Of a DNA stretch of 64,000 bases, positions 1-19,558 are shown in pieces (position 1 is the first letter of the stretch; the number at the start of each line of letters is the position of its first letter). The position numbers and the translations under genes were made by a program. The notes beneath the pieces were generated by a model. It did not search any database. It was not told the origin of the DNA and was given only the letters and a program-made list of their open reading frames with translations. This stretch comes from the human T2T-CHM13v2.0 reference genome, Homo sapiens: the NCBI RefSeq assembly GCF_009914755.1, contig NC_060948.1; one strand, written 5' to 3'.

Positions 1-211
1 ACGGGTCCAAGCGATTGTCCTCCCTCAGCCTCCCAGGTAGCTGGGACTACACCACACTGGGACTACACCAGCTGCCACCATGCCTAGCTAATTTTTTGGA
101 TTTTTAGAAGTGACAGCGTTTCACTGTATTGGCCAGGATGGTCTTGATCTCTTCACCTTGTGATCCCCTTGCCTTGGCCTCCAAATTTGCTGGGATTACA
201 GGCCTGAGCCA
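1..211 (-). mobile_element. Diverged Alu, unit 1 (cut by window edge)
   Basis: Antisense Alu motifs CCTCAGCCTCCC..GCTGGGACTACA, GCTAATTTTTTGGATTTTT linker and GCTGGGATTACAGGCCTGAGCCA. Confidence 0.95.
41..70. repeat. 16-bp-period direct duplication inside the Alu right arm
   Basis: CTGGGACTACACCA-CA-CTGGGACTACACCA at 41-54 and 57-70. It is present in all units except unit 17. Confidence 0.95.
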
Positions 212-780
212 AGATCCATATTTTTTAAATGAAAAAAAATTTCAAAGGTACTCTGCTTGGTACAATAATCAAATGTATAAACTGAGGAATAAAACATAAC
301 CATGAAACCTACTTATAACTGCATATGGAAAATACAGAGGATAATTTTTTAAATAATATATTTTGAAAGCCTTAACTAGTAATTTGAAGAGTTGGCATTT
401 GAAAGGCCAGTATGAATATACCTTCAAAGCAGCAACACAGGTTCCCCATGAGAAAAAGCAAACTCAGGGAAAATAAAACCACAAAGGTTCAATCTCTTCT
501 GACCTTTGAAAGACACAGCACAGACAGTGGTCCTTAGGACGAAGAGCAGGAGACCCCTAATTCCGTCACCATGGCGATAGGGCATAAAAACTGCTGGGTG
601 AGGGCACAATCCACATTGTGAGGTCCAACTGCTGCCAGGAAGACAGGAGTGCTTTTACATAGACCGAAAGGTCATTGAAGGCTCAGAGTTTTGTTTCAAG
701 AACTGAATCCCAAGCCCACACGTTATTAGGCTGCGCTTCTTAAAACAAGTTATGAGATGGGAAAAAGGGCACCCACAAAC
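212..780. repeat. HSATI-type mixed-sequence segment of the unit (representative copy; present in every unit)
   Basis: ~570 bp of moderate-complexity sequence between the Alu 5' end and the start of the AT-rich domain (...GGGCACCCACAAAC|ATACGTATAC), near-identical in all units. The name is assigned from the known DYZ2 architecture, and boundaries are approximate. Confidence 0.7.
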
Positions 781-2627
<1,847 letters not shown>

Positions 2628-4731
2628 AGATCCATATTTTTTAAATGAAAAAAAATTTCAAAGGTACTCTGCTTGGTACAATAATCAAATGTATAAACTG
2701 AGGAATAAAACATAACCATGAAACCTACTTATAACTGCATATGGAAAATACAGAGGATAATTTTTTAAATAATATATTTTGAAAGCCTTAACTAGTAATT
2801 TGAAGAGTTGGCATTTGAAAGGCCAGTATGAATATACCTTCAAAGCAGCAACACAGGTTCCCCATGAGAAAAAGCAAACTCAGGGAAAATAAAACCACAA
2901 AGGTTCAATCTCTTCTGACCTTTGAAAGACACAGCACAGACAGTGGTCCTTAGGACGAAGAGCAGGAGACCCCTAAGTCCGTCACCATGGCGATAGGGCA
3001 TAAACACTGCTGGGTGAGGGCACAATCCACATTGTGAGGTCCAACTGCTGCCAGGAAGACAGGAGTGCTTTTACATAGACCGAAAGGTCATTGAAGGCTC
3101 AGAGTTTTGTTTCAAGAACTGAATCCCAAGCCCACACGTTATTAGGCTGCGCTTCTTAAAACAAGTTATGAGATGGGAAAAAGGGCACCCACAAACATAC
3201 GTATACATTATGTATATAATAATATACAGTATCATATATATAATATATATAACCTATGTATAATATTGTTTTACATCCTGCATCTTATATTATATATATT
3301 GTATAAAATATAATAATTGATAATATATAAGTTTTATATTTATACAATATGACATATAGTATATATTATAATTTATGACATATATAATATATGTTATATA
3401 TCATATATTGAATATATTATACGGTTAATATACGTATTAAATATAAATTATACATTATATGTATTATATATAATATATCTGCTATATATAATACCCATTA
3501 TGCATAATATATATATTATGTCTATGTTATATATAGTATAAAACAACATATAATAATATATAATTGTATATATAAAATGTGACATATAATATATATTATA
3601 TTTTATGATATAGGTAATATATATTATATATTATATATAATACGTTGTATGTATAATACCTATATTAAATATATATTATATGACTATGTTATTAATTACA
3701 TGTCACATATGTTATATATTATATATTTTACATAGAATGTACTGGTTACATACAATATATAGTATGTTACCTGTAATGTATAATTTATTACATGTAAAAT
3801 AAAGAATGCAATATATTATGTATAATTTATAATATACAATATGTGGAATGTGATATATATAACATATAATATATGATATATGATATACAGTATATGATAT
3901 ATAACCTACAATATATGATACCTAACATATATGATATACAATATATATTTCATGATATGTATTCTCTATGTTTTATATCTGTTATATATAATTATTTGAA
4001 ATTATATATAAATGTATAATATTTTATGTAAATATGTAATATAATATATATAACTATCTAATGTATTATATATAACTATATATTATGTTATATATACTTT
4101 TATAAAATAAATTACATAAAATATCATAATATAATATATATTATATTATTTCATATTACTTAAGATATATTACATATCACCCAATATAAGTAACATACAT
4201 AATATTATCATATAGATTATATTATGTTATACTAAATATCATATATATCATGTATCATATATTCCATAATATATTTTATACATTATATAATATGTATGAT
4301 GTATATTATGTGATATATATAACTTTATATATAATTATATTATTATACATATAACTAGATAAACATGTAATTCTACATATTTTCATTTATAATATATAGA
4401 ATTATATAATCATATATAATTATTTATATTCTATAAAAAATTATATCATTATATAAATTATAATATATAAAAATTATAATATATACTACAAATATATATA
4501 TTATATATCATATATGATATAGTACCTTTGTTATATATCATAATACATATAAATGTGTATTATGTTATCTATAATTATATAACTTCATATATAAGATGTA
4601 TAATATGTATTATATATTATATATGATATGTAATATATATAGTATGTATAAGATGACACAGGATAAATATTATATACTATGACATATAAAATATATGAGG
4701 TTATATGTTACATATAAGGCATAGCACATAA

Positions 4732-5047
<316 letters not shown>

Positions 5048-7152
5048 AGATCCATATTTTTTAAATGAAAAAAAATTTCAAAGGTACTCTGCTTGGTACA
5101 ATAATCAAATGTATAAACTGAGGAATAAAACATAAGCATGAAACCTACTTATAACAGCATATGGAAAATACAGAGGATAATTTTTTAAATAACATATTTT
5201 GAAAGCCTTAACTAGTAATTTGAAGAGTTGGCATTTGAAAGGCCAGTATGAATATACCTTCAAAGCAGCAACACAGGTTCCCCATGAGAAAAAGCAAACT
5301 CAGGGAAAATAAAACCACAAAGGTTCAATCTCTTCTGACCTTTGAAAGACACAGCACAGACAGTGGTCCTTAGGACGAAGAGCAGGAGACCCCTAATTCC
5401 GTCACCATGGCGATAGGGCATAAACATTGCTGGGTGAGGGCACAATCCACATTGTGAGGTCCAACTGCTGCCAGGAAGACAGGAGTGCTTTTACATATAC
5501 CGAAAGGTCATTGAAGGCTCAGAGTTTTGTTTCAAGCACTGAATCCCAAGCCCACACGTTATTAGGCTGCGCTTCTTAAAACAAGTTATGAGATGGGAAA
5601 AAGGGCACCAACAAACATACGTATACATTATGTATATAATAATATACAGTATCATATATATATTATATATAACCTATGTATAATATTGTTTTACATCCTG
5701 CATCTTATATTATATATATTGTGTAAAATATAATAATTGATAATATATAAGTTTTATATTTATACAATATGACATATAGTATATATTATAATTTATGACA
5801 TATATAATATATGTTATATATCATATATAGAATATATTATACGGTTAATATACGTATTAAATATAAATTATACATTATATATATTATATATAATATATCT
5901 GCTATATATAATACCCATTATGCATAATATATATATTATGTCTATGTTATGTATAGTATAAAACAACATATAATAATATATAATTGTATATATAAAATGC
6001 GACATATAATATATATTATATTTTATGACATCTGTAATATATATTATATATTATATATAATACGTTGTATGTATAATAGCTATATTAAATATATATTATA
6101 TGACTATGTTATTAATTACATGTCACATATGTTATATATTATATATTTTACATAGAATATGCCGGTTACATACAATATATACTATGTTACCCATAATGAA
6201 TAATTTATTACATGTAAAATAGAGAATGCAATATATTATGTATAATTTATAATATACACTATGTGGAATGTGATACATATAACATATAATATATGATATA
6301 TGATATACAGTATATGATATATAACATACAATATATGATACCTAATATATATGGAATATAATTTATATTTTATGATATGTATCCTATATGTTTTATATTC
6401 TGTTATATATAACTATTTGAAATTATATATAACTGTATAATATTTTATGTCAATATGTAATATAATATATACAACTATATAATATATTATATATAACTAT
6501 ATATTATGTTATATATACTTTTATAACATAATTTTCATAAAATATCATAATAAAATATATGTTATATTATTTCACATTACGTAATGTATATTACATATCA
6601 CCCAATATAAGTAACATACATAATATTATAATATAGATTATATTATGTTATATTAAATCTCATATATATCATGTATCATATATTCTATAATATATATTAT
6701 ACATTATATAATATGTATGTTGTCTATTATGTGAGATATATAACTATATATATAATTATATTATTATACATATAACTAGATAAACATGTAATTCTACATA
6801 TTTTCCTTTATAATATATAGAATTATATAATCATATATAATTATTTATATTCTATAAAAAATTATATCATTATATAAATTATAATATATAAAAAGTATAA
6901 TATGTACTACAAATATATATGTTATATATCATATATGATATAGTACCTTTGTTATATATCATAATACATATAAATGTGTATTATGTTATCTATAATTATA
7001 TAATTTCATTTATAAGATGTATAATATGTATTATATATTATATACGTTATGTCATATATATAGTATATTTAACCTGACACAGGATAAATATTATATACTA
7101 TGACATATAAAATATATGAGGTTATATGTTACATATAAGGCATAGCATATAA

Positions 7153-7468
<316 letters not shown>

Positions 7469-9593
7469 AGATCCATATTTTTTAAATGAAAAAAAATTTC
7501 AAAGGTACTCTGCTTGGTACAATAATCAAATGTATAAACTGAGGAATAAAACATAACCATGAAACCTACTTATAACTGCATATGGAAAATACAGAGGATA
7601 ATTTTTTAAATAACATAGTTTGAAAGCCTTAACTAGTAATTTGAAGAGTTGGCATTTGAAAGGCCAGTATGAATATACCTTCAAAGCAGCAACACAGGTT
7701 CCCCATGAGAAAAAGCAAACTCAGGGAAAATAAAACCACAAACGTTCAATCTCTTCTGACCTTTGAAAGACACAGCACAGACAGTGGTCCTTAGGACGAA
7801 GAGCAGGAGACCCCTAATTCCGTCACCATGACGATAGGGCATAAACATTGCTGGGTGAGGGCACAATCCACATTGTGAGGTCCAACTGCTGCCAGGAAGA
7901 CAGGAGTGCTTTTACATAGACCTAAAGGTCATTGAAGGCTCAGAGTTTTGTTTCAAGAACTGAATCCCAAGCCCACACGTTATTAGGCTGCGCTTCTTAA
8001 AACAAGTTATGAGATGGGAAAAAGGGCACCCACAAACATACGTATACATTATGTATATAATAATATACAGTATCATATATATAATATATATAACCTATGT
8101 ATAATATTGTTTTACATCCTGCATCTTATATTATATATATTGTATAAAATATAGTAATTGATAATATATGTTTTATATTTTTACAATATGACATATAGTA
8201 TATATTATAATTTATGACATATATAATATATGTTATATATCATATATAGAATATATTATACGGTTAATATACGTAATAAATATAAATTATACATTATATA
8301 TATTATATATAATATATCTGCTATATATAATACCCATTATGCATAATATATATATTATGTCTATGTTATATATAGTATAAAACAACATATAATAATATAT
8401 AATTGTATATATAAAATACGACATATAATATATATTATATTTTATGACATATGTAATATATATTATATATTATATGTAATACGTTGTATGTATAATACCT
8501 ATATTAAATATATATTATATGACTATGTTATTAATTACATGTCACATGTGTTATATATTATTTATTTTACACAGAATATACCGGTTACATACAATATATA
8601 CTATGTTACCTACAATGTATAATTTATTACATGTAAAATAAAGAATGCAATATATTATGTATAATTTATAATATACAATATGTGGATTGTGATATATATA
8701 ACATATAATTTATGATATAGGATATACAGTATATGGTATATAACATACAATATATGATACCTAATATATATGGTATACAATATATATTTTATGATATGTA
8801 TTCCCTATGTTTTATATTCTGTTATATATAACTATTTGAAATTATATATAACTGTATAATATTTTATGTAAATATGTAATATAATATATATAAAAATATA
8901 ATATATTATATATAACTATATATTATGTTATATATACTTTTATAACATAATTTACATAAAATATCATAATATAATATATATTATATTATTTCATATTACA
9001 TAATATATATTACATATCACCCAATATAAGTAACATACATAATATTATAATATAGATTATATTATGTTATATTAAATATCATATATATGATGTATCATAT
9101 ATTCTATTATATATATTATACATTATATAATATGTATGTTGTCTATTATGTGATATATATAACTATATATATAATTATATTATTATACATATAACTAGAT
9201 AAACATGTAATTCTACATATTTTCATTTACAATATATATAATTATATAATCATATATAATTATTTATATTCTATAAAAAATTATATCATCATATAAATTA
9301 TAATATATAAAAATTATAATATGTACTACAAATATATATATTATATATCATATATGATATAGTACCTTGTTATATATCATAATACATATAAATGTGTATT
9401 ATGTTATCTATAATTATATAATTTCACATATAAGATGTATAATATGTATTATATATTATATATGTTATGTAATATATATAGTATATATAAGATGACACAG
9501 GATAAATATTATATACTATGACATATAAAATATATGAGGTTATATGTTACATATAAGGCATAGCACATAACATGTAATATATATCATATATAA

Positions 9594-9885
<292 letters not shown>

Positions 9886-12012
9886 AGATCCATATTTTTT
9901 AAATGAAAAAAAATTTCAAAGGTACTCTGCTTGGTACAATAATCAAATGTATAAACTGAGGAATAAAACATAACCATGAAACCTACTTATAACTGCATAG
10001 GGAAAATACAGAGGATAATTTTTTAAATAACATAGTTTGAAAGCCTTAACTAGTAATTTGAAGAGTTGGCATTTGAAAGGCCAGTATGAATATACCTTCA
10101 AAGCAGCAACACAGGTTCCCCATGAGAAAAAGCAAACTCAGGGAAAATAAAACCACAAAGGTTCAATCTCTTCTGACCTTTGAAAGACACAGCACAGACA
10201 GTGGTCCTTAGGACGAAGAGCAGGAGACCCCTAATTCCGTCACCATGGCGATAGGGCATAAACATTGCTGGGTGAGGGCACAATCCACATTGTGAGGTCC
10301 AACTGCTGCCAGGAAGACAGGAGTGCTTTTACATAGACCGAAAGGTCATTGAAGGCTCAGAGTTTTGTTTCAAGAACTGAATCCCAAGCCCACACGTTAT
10401 TAGGCTGCGCTTCTTAAAACAAGTTATGAGATGGGAAAAAGGGCACCCACAAAAATACGTATACATTATGTATATAATAATATACAGTATCATATATATA
10501 ATATATATAACCCATGTATAATATTGTTTTACATCCTGCATCTTATATTATATATATTGTATAAAATATAATAATTGATAATATATAAGTTTTATATTTA
10601 TACAATATGACATATAGTATATATTATAATTTATGACATATATAATATATGTTATATAGCATATATAGAATATATTATACGGTTAATATACGTAATAAAT
10701 ACAAATTATACATTATATATATTATATATAATATATCTGCTATATATAATACCCATTATGCATAATATATATATTATGTCTATGTTATATATAGTATAAA
10801 ACAACATATAATAATATATAATTGTATATATAAAATGCGACATAAAATATATATTATATTTAATGACATATGTAATATATATTATATATTATATATAATA
10901 CGTTGTATGTATAATACCTATATTAAATATATATTATATGACTATGTTATTAATTACATGTCACATGTGTTATATATTATTTATTTTACACAGAATATAC
11001 CGGTTACATACAATATATACCATGTTACCTACAATGTATAATTTATTACATGTAAAATAAAGAATGCAATATATTATGTATAATTTATAATATACAATAT
11101 GTGGAATGTGATATACATAACATATAATATATGATATAGGATATAGAGTATATGATATATAACATACAATATATGATACCTAATATATATGGTATACAAT
11201 ATATATTTTATGATATGTATTCTATATGTTTTATATTCTGTTATATATAACTATTTGAAATTATATATAACTGTATAATATTTTATGTAAATATGTAATA
11301 TAATATATATAAAAATATAATATATTATATATAACTATATATAATGTTATATATACTTTTATAACATAATTTACATAAAATATCATGATATAATATATAT
11401 TATATTATTTCATATTACATAATATATATTACATATCACCCAATATAAGTAACATACATAATATTATAATATAGATTATATTATGTTATATTAAATATCA
11501 TATATATCATGTATCATATATTCTATAATATATATTATACATTATATAATATGTATGTTGTCTATTATGTGATATATATAACTATATATATAATTATATT
11601 ATTATACATATGACTAGATAAACATGAAATTCTACATATTTTCATTTATAATATATAGAATTATATAATCATATATAATTATTTATATTCTATAAAAATT
11701 ATATCATTATATAAATTATAATATATAAAAATTATAATATGTACTACAAATATATATATTATATATCATATATGATATAGTACCTTTGTTATATATCATA
11801 ATACATATAAATGTGTATTATGTCATCTATAATTATATAATTTCATATATAAGATGTATAATATGTATTATATATTATATATGTTATGTAATATATATAG
11901 TATATATAAGATGACACAGGATAAATATTATATACTATGACATATAAAATATATGAGGTTATATGTTACATATAAGGCATAGCACATAACATGTAATATA
12001 TATCATATATAA

Positions 12013-12304
<292 letters not shown>

Positions 12305-14429
12305 AGATCCATATTTTTTAAATGAAAAAAAATTTCAAAGGTACTCTGCTTGGTACAATAATCAAATGTATAAACTGAGGAATAAAACATAACCATGAAA
12401 CCTACTTATAACTGCATATGGAAAATACAGAGGATAATTTTTTAAATAACATATTTTGAAAGCCTTAACTAGTAATTTGAAGAGTTGGCATTTGAAAGGC
12501 CAGTATGAATATACCTTCAAAGCAGCAACACAGGTTCCCCATGAGAAAAAGCAAACTCAGGGAAAATAAAACCACAAAGGTTCAATCTCTTCTGACCTTT
12601 GAAAGACACAGCACAGACAGTGGTCCTTAGGACGAAGAGCAGGAGACCCATAATTCCGTCACCATGGCGATAGGGCATAAACATTGCTGGGGAGGGCACA
12701 ATCCACATTGTGAGGTCCAACTGCTGCCAGGAAGACAGGAGTGCTTTTACATAGACCGAAAGGTCATTGAAGGCTCAGAGTTTTGTTTCAAGAACTGAAT
12801 CCCAAGCCCACACGTTATTAGGCTGCGCTTCTTAAAACAAGTTATGAGATGGGAAAAAGGGCACCCACAAACATACGTATACATTATGTATATAATAATA
12901 TACAGTATCATATATATAATATATATAACCTATGTATAATATTGTTTTACATCCTGCATCTTATGTTATATATATTGTATAAAATATAATAATTAATAAT
13001 GTATAAGTTTTATATTTATACAATATGACATATAGTATATATTATAATTTATGACATATATAATATATGTTATATATCATATATAGAATATATTATACGG
13101 TTAATATACGTATTAAATATAAATTATACATTATATATATTATATATATTATATCTGCTATATATAATACCCATTATGCATAATATATATATTATGTCTA
13201 TGTTATATATAGTATAAAACAAAATATAATAATATATAATTGTATATATAAAATGCGACATATAATATATATTATATTTTATGACATATGTAATATATAT
13301 CATATATTATATATAATACGTTGTATGTATAATACCTATAATAAATATATATTATATGACTATGTTATTAATTACATGTCACATGTGTTATATATTATTT
13401 ATTTTACACAGAATATACCGGTTACATAGAATATATACTATGTTACCTACAATGTATAATTTATTACATGTAAAATAAAGAATGCAATATATTATGTATA
13501 ATTTATAATATACAATATGTGGAATGTGATATATATAACATATAATATATGATATAGGATATACAGTATATGGTATATAACATACAATATATGATACCTA
13601 ATATATATGGTATACAATATATATTTTATGATATGTATTCCCTATGTTTTATATTCTGTTATATATAACTATTTGAAATTATATATAACTGTATAATATT
13701 TTATGTAAATATGTAATATAATATATATAAAAATATAATATATTATATATAACTATATATTATGTTATATATACTTTTATAACATAATTTACATAAAATA
13801 TCATAATATAATATATATTATATTATTTCATATTACATAATATATATTACATATCACCCAATATAAGTAACATACATAATATTATAATATAGATTATATT
13901 ATGTTATATTAAATATCATATATATCATGTATCATATATTCTATAATATATATTATACATTATATAATATGTATGTTGTCTATTATGTGATATATATAAC
14001 TATATATAATTATATTATTATACATATAACTAGATAAACATGTAATTCTACATATTTTCATTTATAATATATAGAATTATATAATCATATATAATTATTT
14101 ATATTCTATAAAAAATTATATCATCATATAAATTATAATATATAAAAATTATAATATGTACTACAAATATATATATTATATATCATATATGATATAGTAC
14201 CTTTGTTATATATCATAATACATATAAATGTGTATTATGTTATCTATAATTATATAATTTCATATATAATATGTATAATATGTATTATATATTATATATG
14301 TTATGTAATATATATAGTATATATAAGACGACACAGGATAAATATTATATACTATGACATATAAAATATATGAGGTTATATGTTACATATAAGGCATAGC
14401 ACATAACATGTAATATATATCATATATAA

Positions 14430-14721
14430 TTTTTTTTTAGACAGAGTCTTGTCCTGTTGAACAGTGTGGAGTACAATGGCGCCATCTTTGCTCACTGCAA
14501 CATCTGCCTCACGCGTCCAAGCGATTGTCCTCCCTCAGCCTCCCAGGTAGCTGGGACTACACCACACTGGGACTACACCAGCTGCCACCATGCCTAGCTA
14601 ATTTTTTGGATTTTTAGTAGTGACAGCGTTTCACTGTATTGGCCAGGATGGTCTTGATCTCTTCACCTTGTGATCCCCTTGCCTTGGCCTCCAAATTTGC
14701 TGTGATTACAGGCCTGAGCCA
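14430..14721 (-). mobile_element. Diverged Alu, unit 7
   Basis: Same Alu with several private substitutions. Confidence 0.95.
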
Positions 14722-16847
14722 AGATCCATATTTTTTAAATGAAAAAAAATTTCAAAGGTACTCTGCTTGGTACAATAATCAAATGTATAAACTGAGGAAT
14801 AAAACATAACCATGAAACCTACTGATAACTGCATATGGAAAATACAGAGGATAATTTTTTAAATAACATATTTTGAAAGCCTTAACTAGTAATTTGAAGA
14901 GTTGGCATTTGAAATGCCAGTATGAATATACCTTCAAAGCAGCAACACAGGTTCCCCATGAGAAAAAGCAAACTCAGGGAAAATAAAACCACAAAGGTTC
15001 AATCTCTTCTGACCTTTGAAAGACACAGCACAGACAGTGGTCCTTAGGATGAAGAGCAGGAGACCCCTAATTCCGTCACCATGGCGATAGGGCATAAACA
15101 TTGCTGGGTGAGGGCACAGTCCACATTGTGAGGTCCAACTGCTGCCAGGAAGACAGGAATGCTTTTACATAGACCGAAAGGTCAGTGAAGGCTCAGAGTT
15201 TTCTTTCAAGAACTGAATCCCAAGCCCACACGTTATTAGGCTGCGCTTCTTAAAACAAGTTATGAGATGGGAAAAAGGGCACCCACAAACATACGTATAC
15301 ATTATGTATATAATAATATACAGTATCATATATGTAATATATATAACCTATGTATAATATTGTTTTACATCCTGCATCTTATGTTCTATATATTGTATAA
15401 AATATAATAATTGATAATATATAAGTTTTATATTTATACAATATGACATATAGTATATATTATAATTTATGACATATATAATATAAGCTATATATCATAT
15501 ATAGAATATATTATATGGTTAATATACGTATTAAATATAAATTATACATTATATATATTATATATAATATATCTGTTATATATAATACCCATTATGCATA
15601 ATATATATATTATGTCTATGTTATATATAGTATAAAACAACATATAATAATATATAATTGTATATATAAAATGCGACATATAATATATATTATATATTAT
15701 AACATATGTAATATATATTATATATTATATATAATACGTTGTATGTATAATACCCATATTAAATATATATTATATGACTATGTTATTAATTACATGTCAC
15801 ATGAGTTATATATTATATATTTTACATAGAATATACCGGTTACATACAATATATACTATGTTACCTACAATGTATAATTTATTACATGTAAAATAAAGAA
15901 TGCAGTATATTATGTATAATTTATAATATACAATATGTGGAATGTGATATATATAACATATAATATATGATATATGATATACAGTATATGATATATAACA
16001 TACAATATATGATTCTTAATATATATGGTATACAATATATATTTTATGATATGTATTCTATATGTTTTATATTCTGTTATATATAACTATTTGAAATTAT
16101 ATATAACTGTATAATATTTTATGTAAATATGTAATATAATATATATAACTATATAATATATTATATATAACTATATATTATGTTATATATACTTTTATAA
16201 CATAATTTACATAAAATATCATAATATAATGTATAATATATTATTTCATATTACATAATATATATTACATAGTACCCAATATAAGTAACATACGTAATAT
16301 TATAATATAGATTATATTATGTTATATTAAATATCATATATATCATGTATCATATATTCTATAATATATATTACACATTATATAATATGTATGTTGTCTA
16401 TTATGTGATATATATAACTATATATATAATTATATTATTTTACATATAACTAGATAAACATGTAATTCTACATATTTTCATTTATAATATATAGAATTAT
16501 ATAATCATATATAATTATTTATATTCTATAAAAAGTTATGTCATTATATAAATTATAATATATAAAAATTATAATATGTACTACAAATATATATATTATA
16601 TATCATATATGATATAGTACCTTTGTTATATATCATAATACATATAAATGTGTATTGTTATCTATAATTATATAATTTCATATATAAGATGTATAATATG
16701 TATCATATATTATATAAGTTATGTAATATATATAGTATATATAAGATGACACAGGATAAATATTTTAAACTATGACATATAAAATATATGAGGTTATATG
16801 TTACATATAAGGCATAGCACATAACACGTAATATATATCATATATAA

Positions 16848-17138
16848 TTTTTTTTTAGACAGAATCTTGTCCTGTTGCACTGGGTGGGGTACGATGGAGC
16901 CATCTTTGCTCACTGCAACATCTGCCTCACGGGTCCAAGCGATTGTCCTCCCTCAGCCTCCCAGGTAGCTGGGACTACACCACACTGGACTACACCAGCT
17001 GCCACCATGCCTAGCTAATTTTTTGGATTTTTAGTAGTGACAGCGTTTCACTGTATTGGCCAGGATGGTCTTGATCTCTTCACCTTGTAATCCCCTTGCC
17101 TTGGCCTCCAAATTTGCTGGGATTACAGGCCTGAGCCA
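16848..17138 (-). mobile_element. Diverged Alu, unit 8 (A/B hybrid alleles)
   Basis: Carries GAATCTTG and GGGGTAC (type B) but GCAACATCTG (type A). Confidence 0.95.
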
Positions 17139-19266
17139 AGATCCATAATTTTTAAATGAAAAAAAATTTCAAAGGTACTCTGCTTGGTACAATAATCAAA
17201 TGTATAAACTGAGGAATAAAACATAACCATGAAACCTACTTATAACTGCATATGGAAAATACAGAGGATAATTTTTTAAATAAAATATTTTGAAAGCCTT
17301 AACTAGTAATTTGAAGAGCTGGCATTTGAAAGGCCAGTATGAATATACCTTCAAAGCAGCAACACAGGTTCCCCATGAGAAAAAGCAAACACAGGGAAAA
17401 TAAAAACACAAAGGTTCAATCTCTTCTGACCTTTGAAAGACACAGCACAGACAGTGGTTCTTAGGACGAAGAGCAGGAGACCCCTAATTCCGTCACCATG
17501 GCGATAGGGCATAAACATTGCTGGGTGAGGGCACAATCCACATTGTGAGGTCCAACTGCTGCCAGGAAGACAGGAGTGCTTTTACATAGACCGAAAGGTC
17601 ATTGAAGGCTCAGAGTTTTGTTTCAAGAACTGAATCCCAAGCCCACACGTTATTAGGCTGCGCTTCTTAAAACAAGTTATGAGATGGGAAAAAGGGCACC
17701 CACAAACATACGTATACATTATGTATATAATAATATACAGTATCATATATATAATATATATAACCTATGTATAATATTGTTTTACATCCTGCATCTTATG
17801 TTATATATATTGTATAAAATATAATAATTGATAATATATAAGTTTTATATTTATACAATATGACATATAGTATATATTATAATTTATGACATATATAATA
17901 TATGTTATATATCATATATAGAATATATTATACGGTTAATATACGTATTAAATATAAATTATACATTATATATATTATATATAATATATCTGTTATATAT
18001 AATACCCATTATGCATAATATATATATTATGTCTATGTTATATATAGTATAAAACAACATATAATAATATATAATTGTATATATAAAATGCGACATATAA
18101 TATATATTATATTTTATAACATATGTAATATATATTATATATTATATATAATACGTTGTATGTATAATACCTATATTAAATATATATTATATGACTATGT
18201 TATTAATTACATGTCACATGTGTTATATATTATATATTTTACATAGAATATACCTGTTACATACAATATATACTATGTTACCTATAATGTATAATTTATT
18301 ACATGTAAAATAAAGAATGCAATATATTATGTATAATTTATAATATACCATATGTGGAATGTGATATATATAATATATAATATATGATATATGATATACA
18401 GTATATGATATATAACATACAATATATGATTCCTAATATATATGGTATACAATATATATTTCATGATATGTATTCTATATGTTTTATATTCTGTTATATA
18501 TAACTATTTGAAATTATATATAACTGTATAATATTTTATGTAAATATGTAATATAATATATATAACTATATAATATATTATATATAACTATATATTATGT
18601 TATATATACTTTTATAACATAATTTGCATAAAATATCATAACATAATATATATTATATTATTTCATATTACATAATATATATTACATATCACCCAATATA
18701 ACTAACATACATAATATTATAATATAGATTATATTGTGTTATATTAAATATCATATATATCATGTATCATATATTCTATAATATATATTACACATTATAT
18801 AATATGTATGTTGTCTATTATGTGATATATATAACTCTCTATATAATTATATTTTTATACATATAACTAGATAAACATGTAATTCTACATATTTTCATTT
18901 ATAATATGTAGAATTATATAATCATATATAATTATTTATATTCTATAAAAAATTTTATCATTATATCAATTATAATATATAAAAATTATAATATGTACTA
19001 CAAATATATATATTATATATCATATATGATATAGTACCTTTGTTATATATCATAATACATATAAATGTGTATTATGTTATCTATAATTATATAATTTCAT
19101 ATATAAGATGTATAATATGTATCATATATTATATATGTTATGTAATATATATAGTATATATAAGATGACACTGGATAAATATTATATACTATGACATATA
19201 AAATATATGAGGTTATATTTTACATATAAGGCATAGCACATAACATGTAATATATATCATATATAA

Positions 19267-19558
19267 TTTTTTTTTAGACAGAATCTTGTCCTGTTGCACA
19301 GGGTGGGGTACAATGGCGCCATCTTTGCTCACTGCAACTTCTGCCTCACGGGTCCAAGCGATGGTCCTCCCTCAGCCTCCCAGGTAGCTGGGACTACACC
19401 ACACTGGGACTACACCAGCTGCCACCATGCCTAGCTAATTTTTTGGATTTTTAGTAGTGACAGCGTTTCACTGTATTGGCCAGGATGGTCTTGATCTCTT
19501 CACCTTGTGATCCCCTTGCCTTGGCCTCCAAATTTGCTGGGATTACAGGCCTGAGCCA
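19267..19558 (-). mobile_element. Diverged Alu, unit 9
   Basis: Type-B Alu (GAATCTTG, GGGGTAC, GCAACTTCTG). Confidence 0.95.

Noticed and set aside
424-609. Recurrent 61-aa minus-strand ORF (MCPHPA...)
   Set aside because: It starts at TTG rather than ATG, has no recognisable domain and is absent from the ORF track in several units. Its recurrence simply reflects the tandem repeat.
605-620. Small hairpin CACAAT-CCAC-ATTGTG
   Set aside because: A 6-bp stem is expected by chance, and it is disrupted in units 7, 18 and 21 without compensatory changes.
17196-17411. 71-aa ORF (MCFYFPCV...) open in all 20 type-B units
   Set aside because: It was opened by a single AACTC>AACAC change (TGA>TGT on the minus strand) and has a non-ATG start. 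Near-identity of recently homogenised units explains its persistence without selection.
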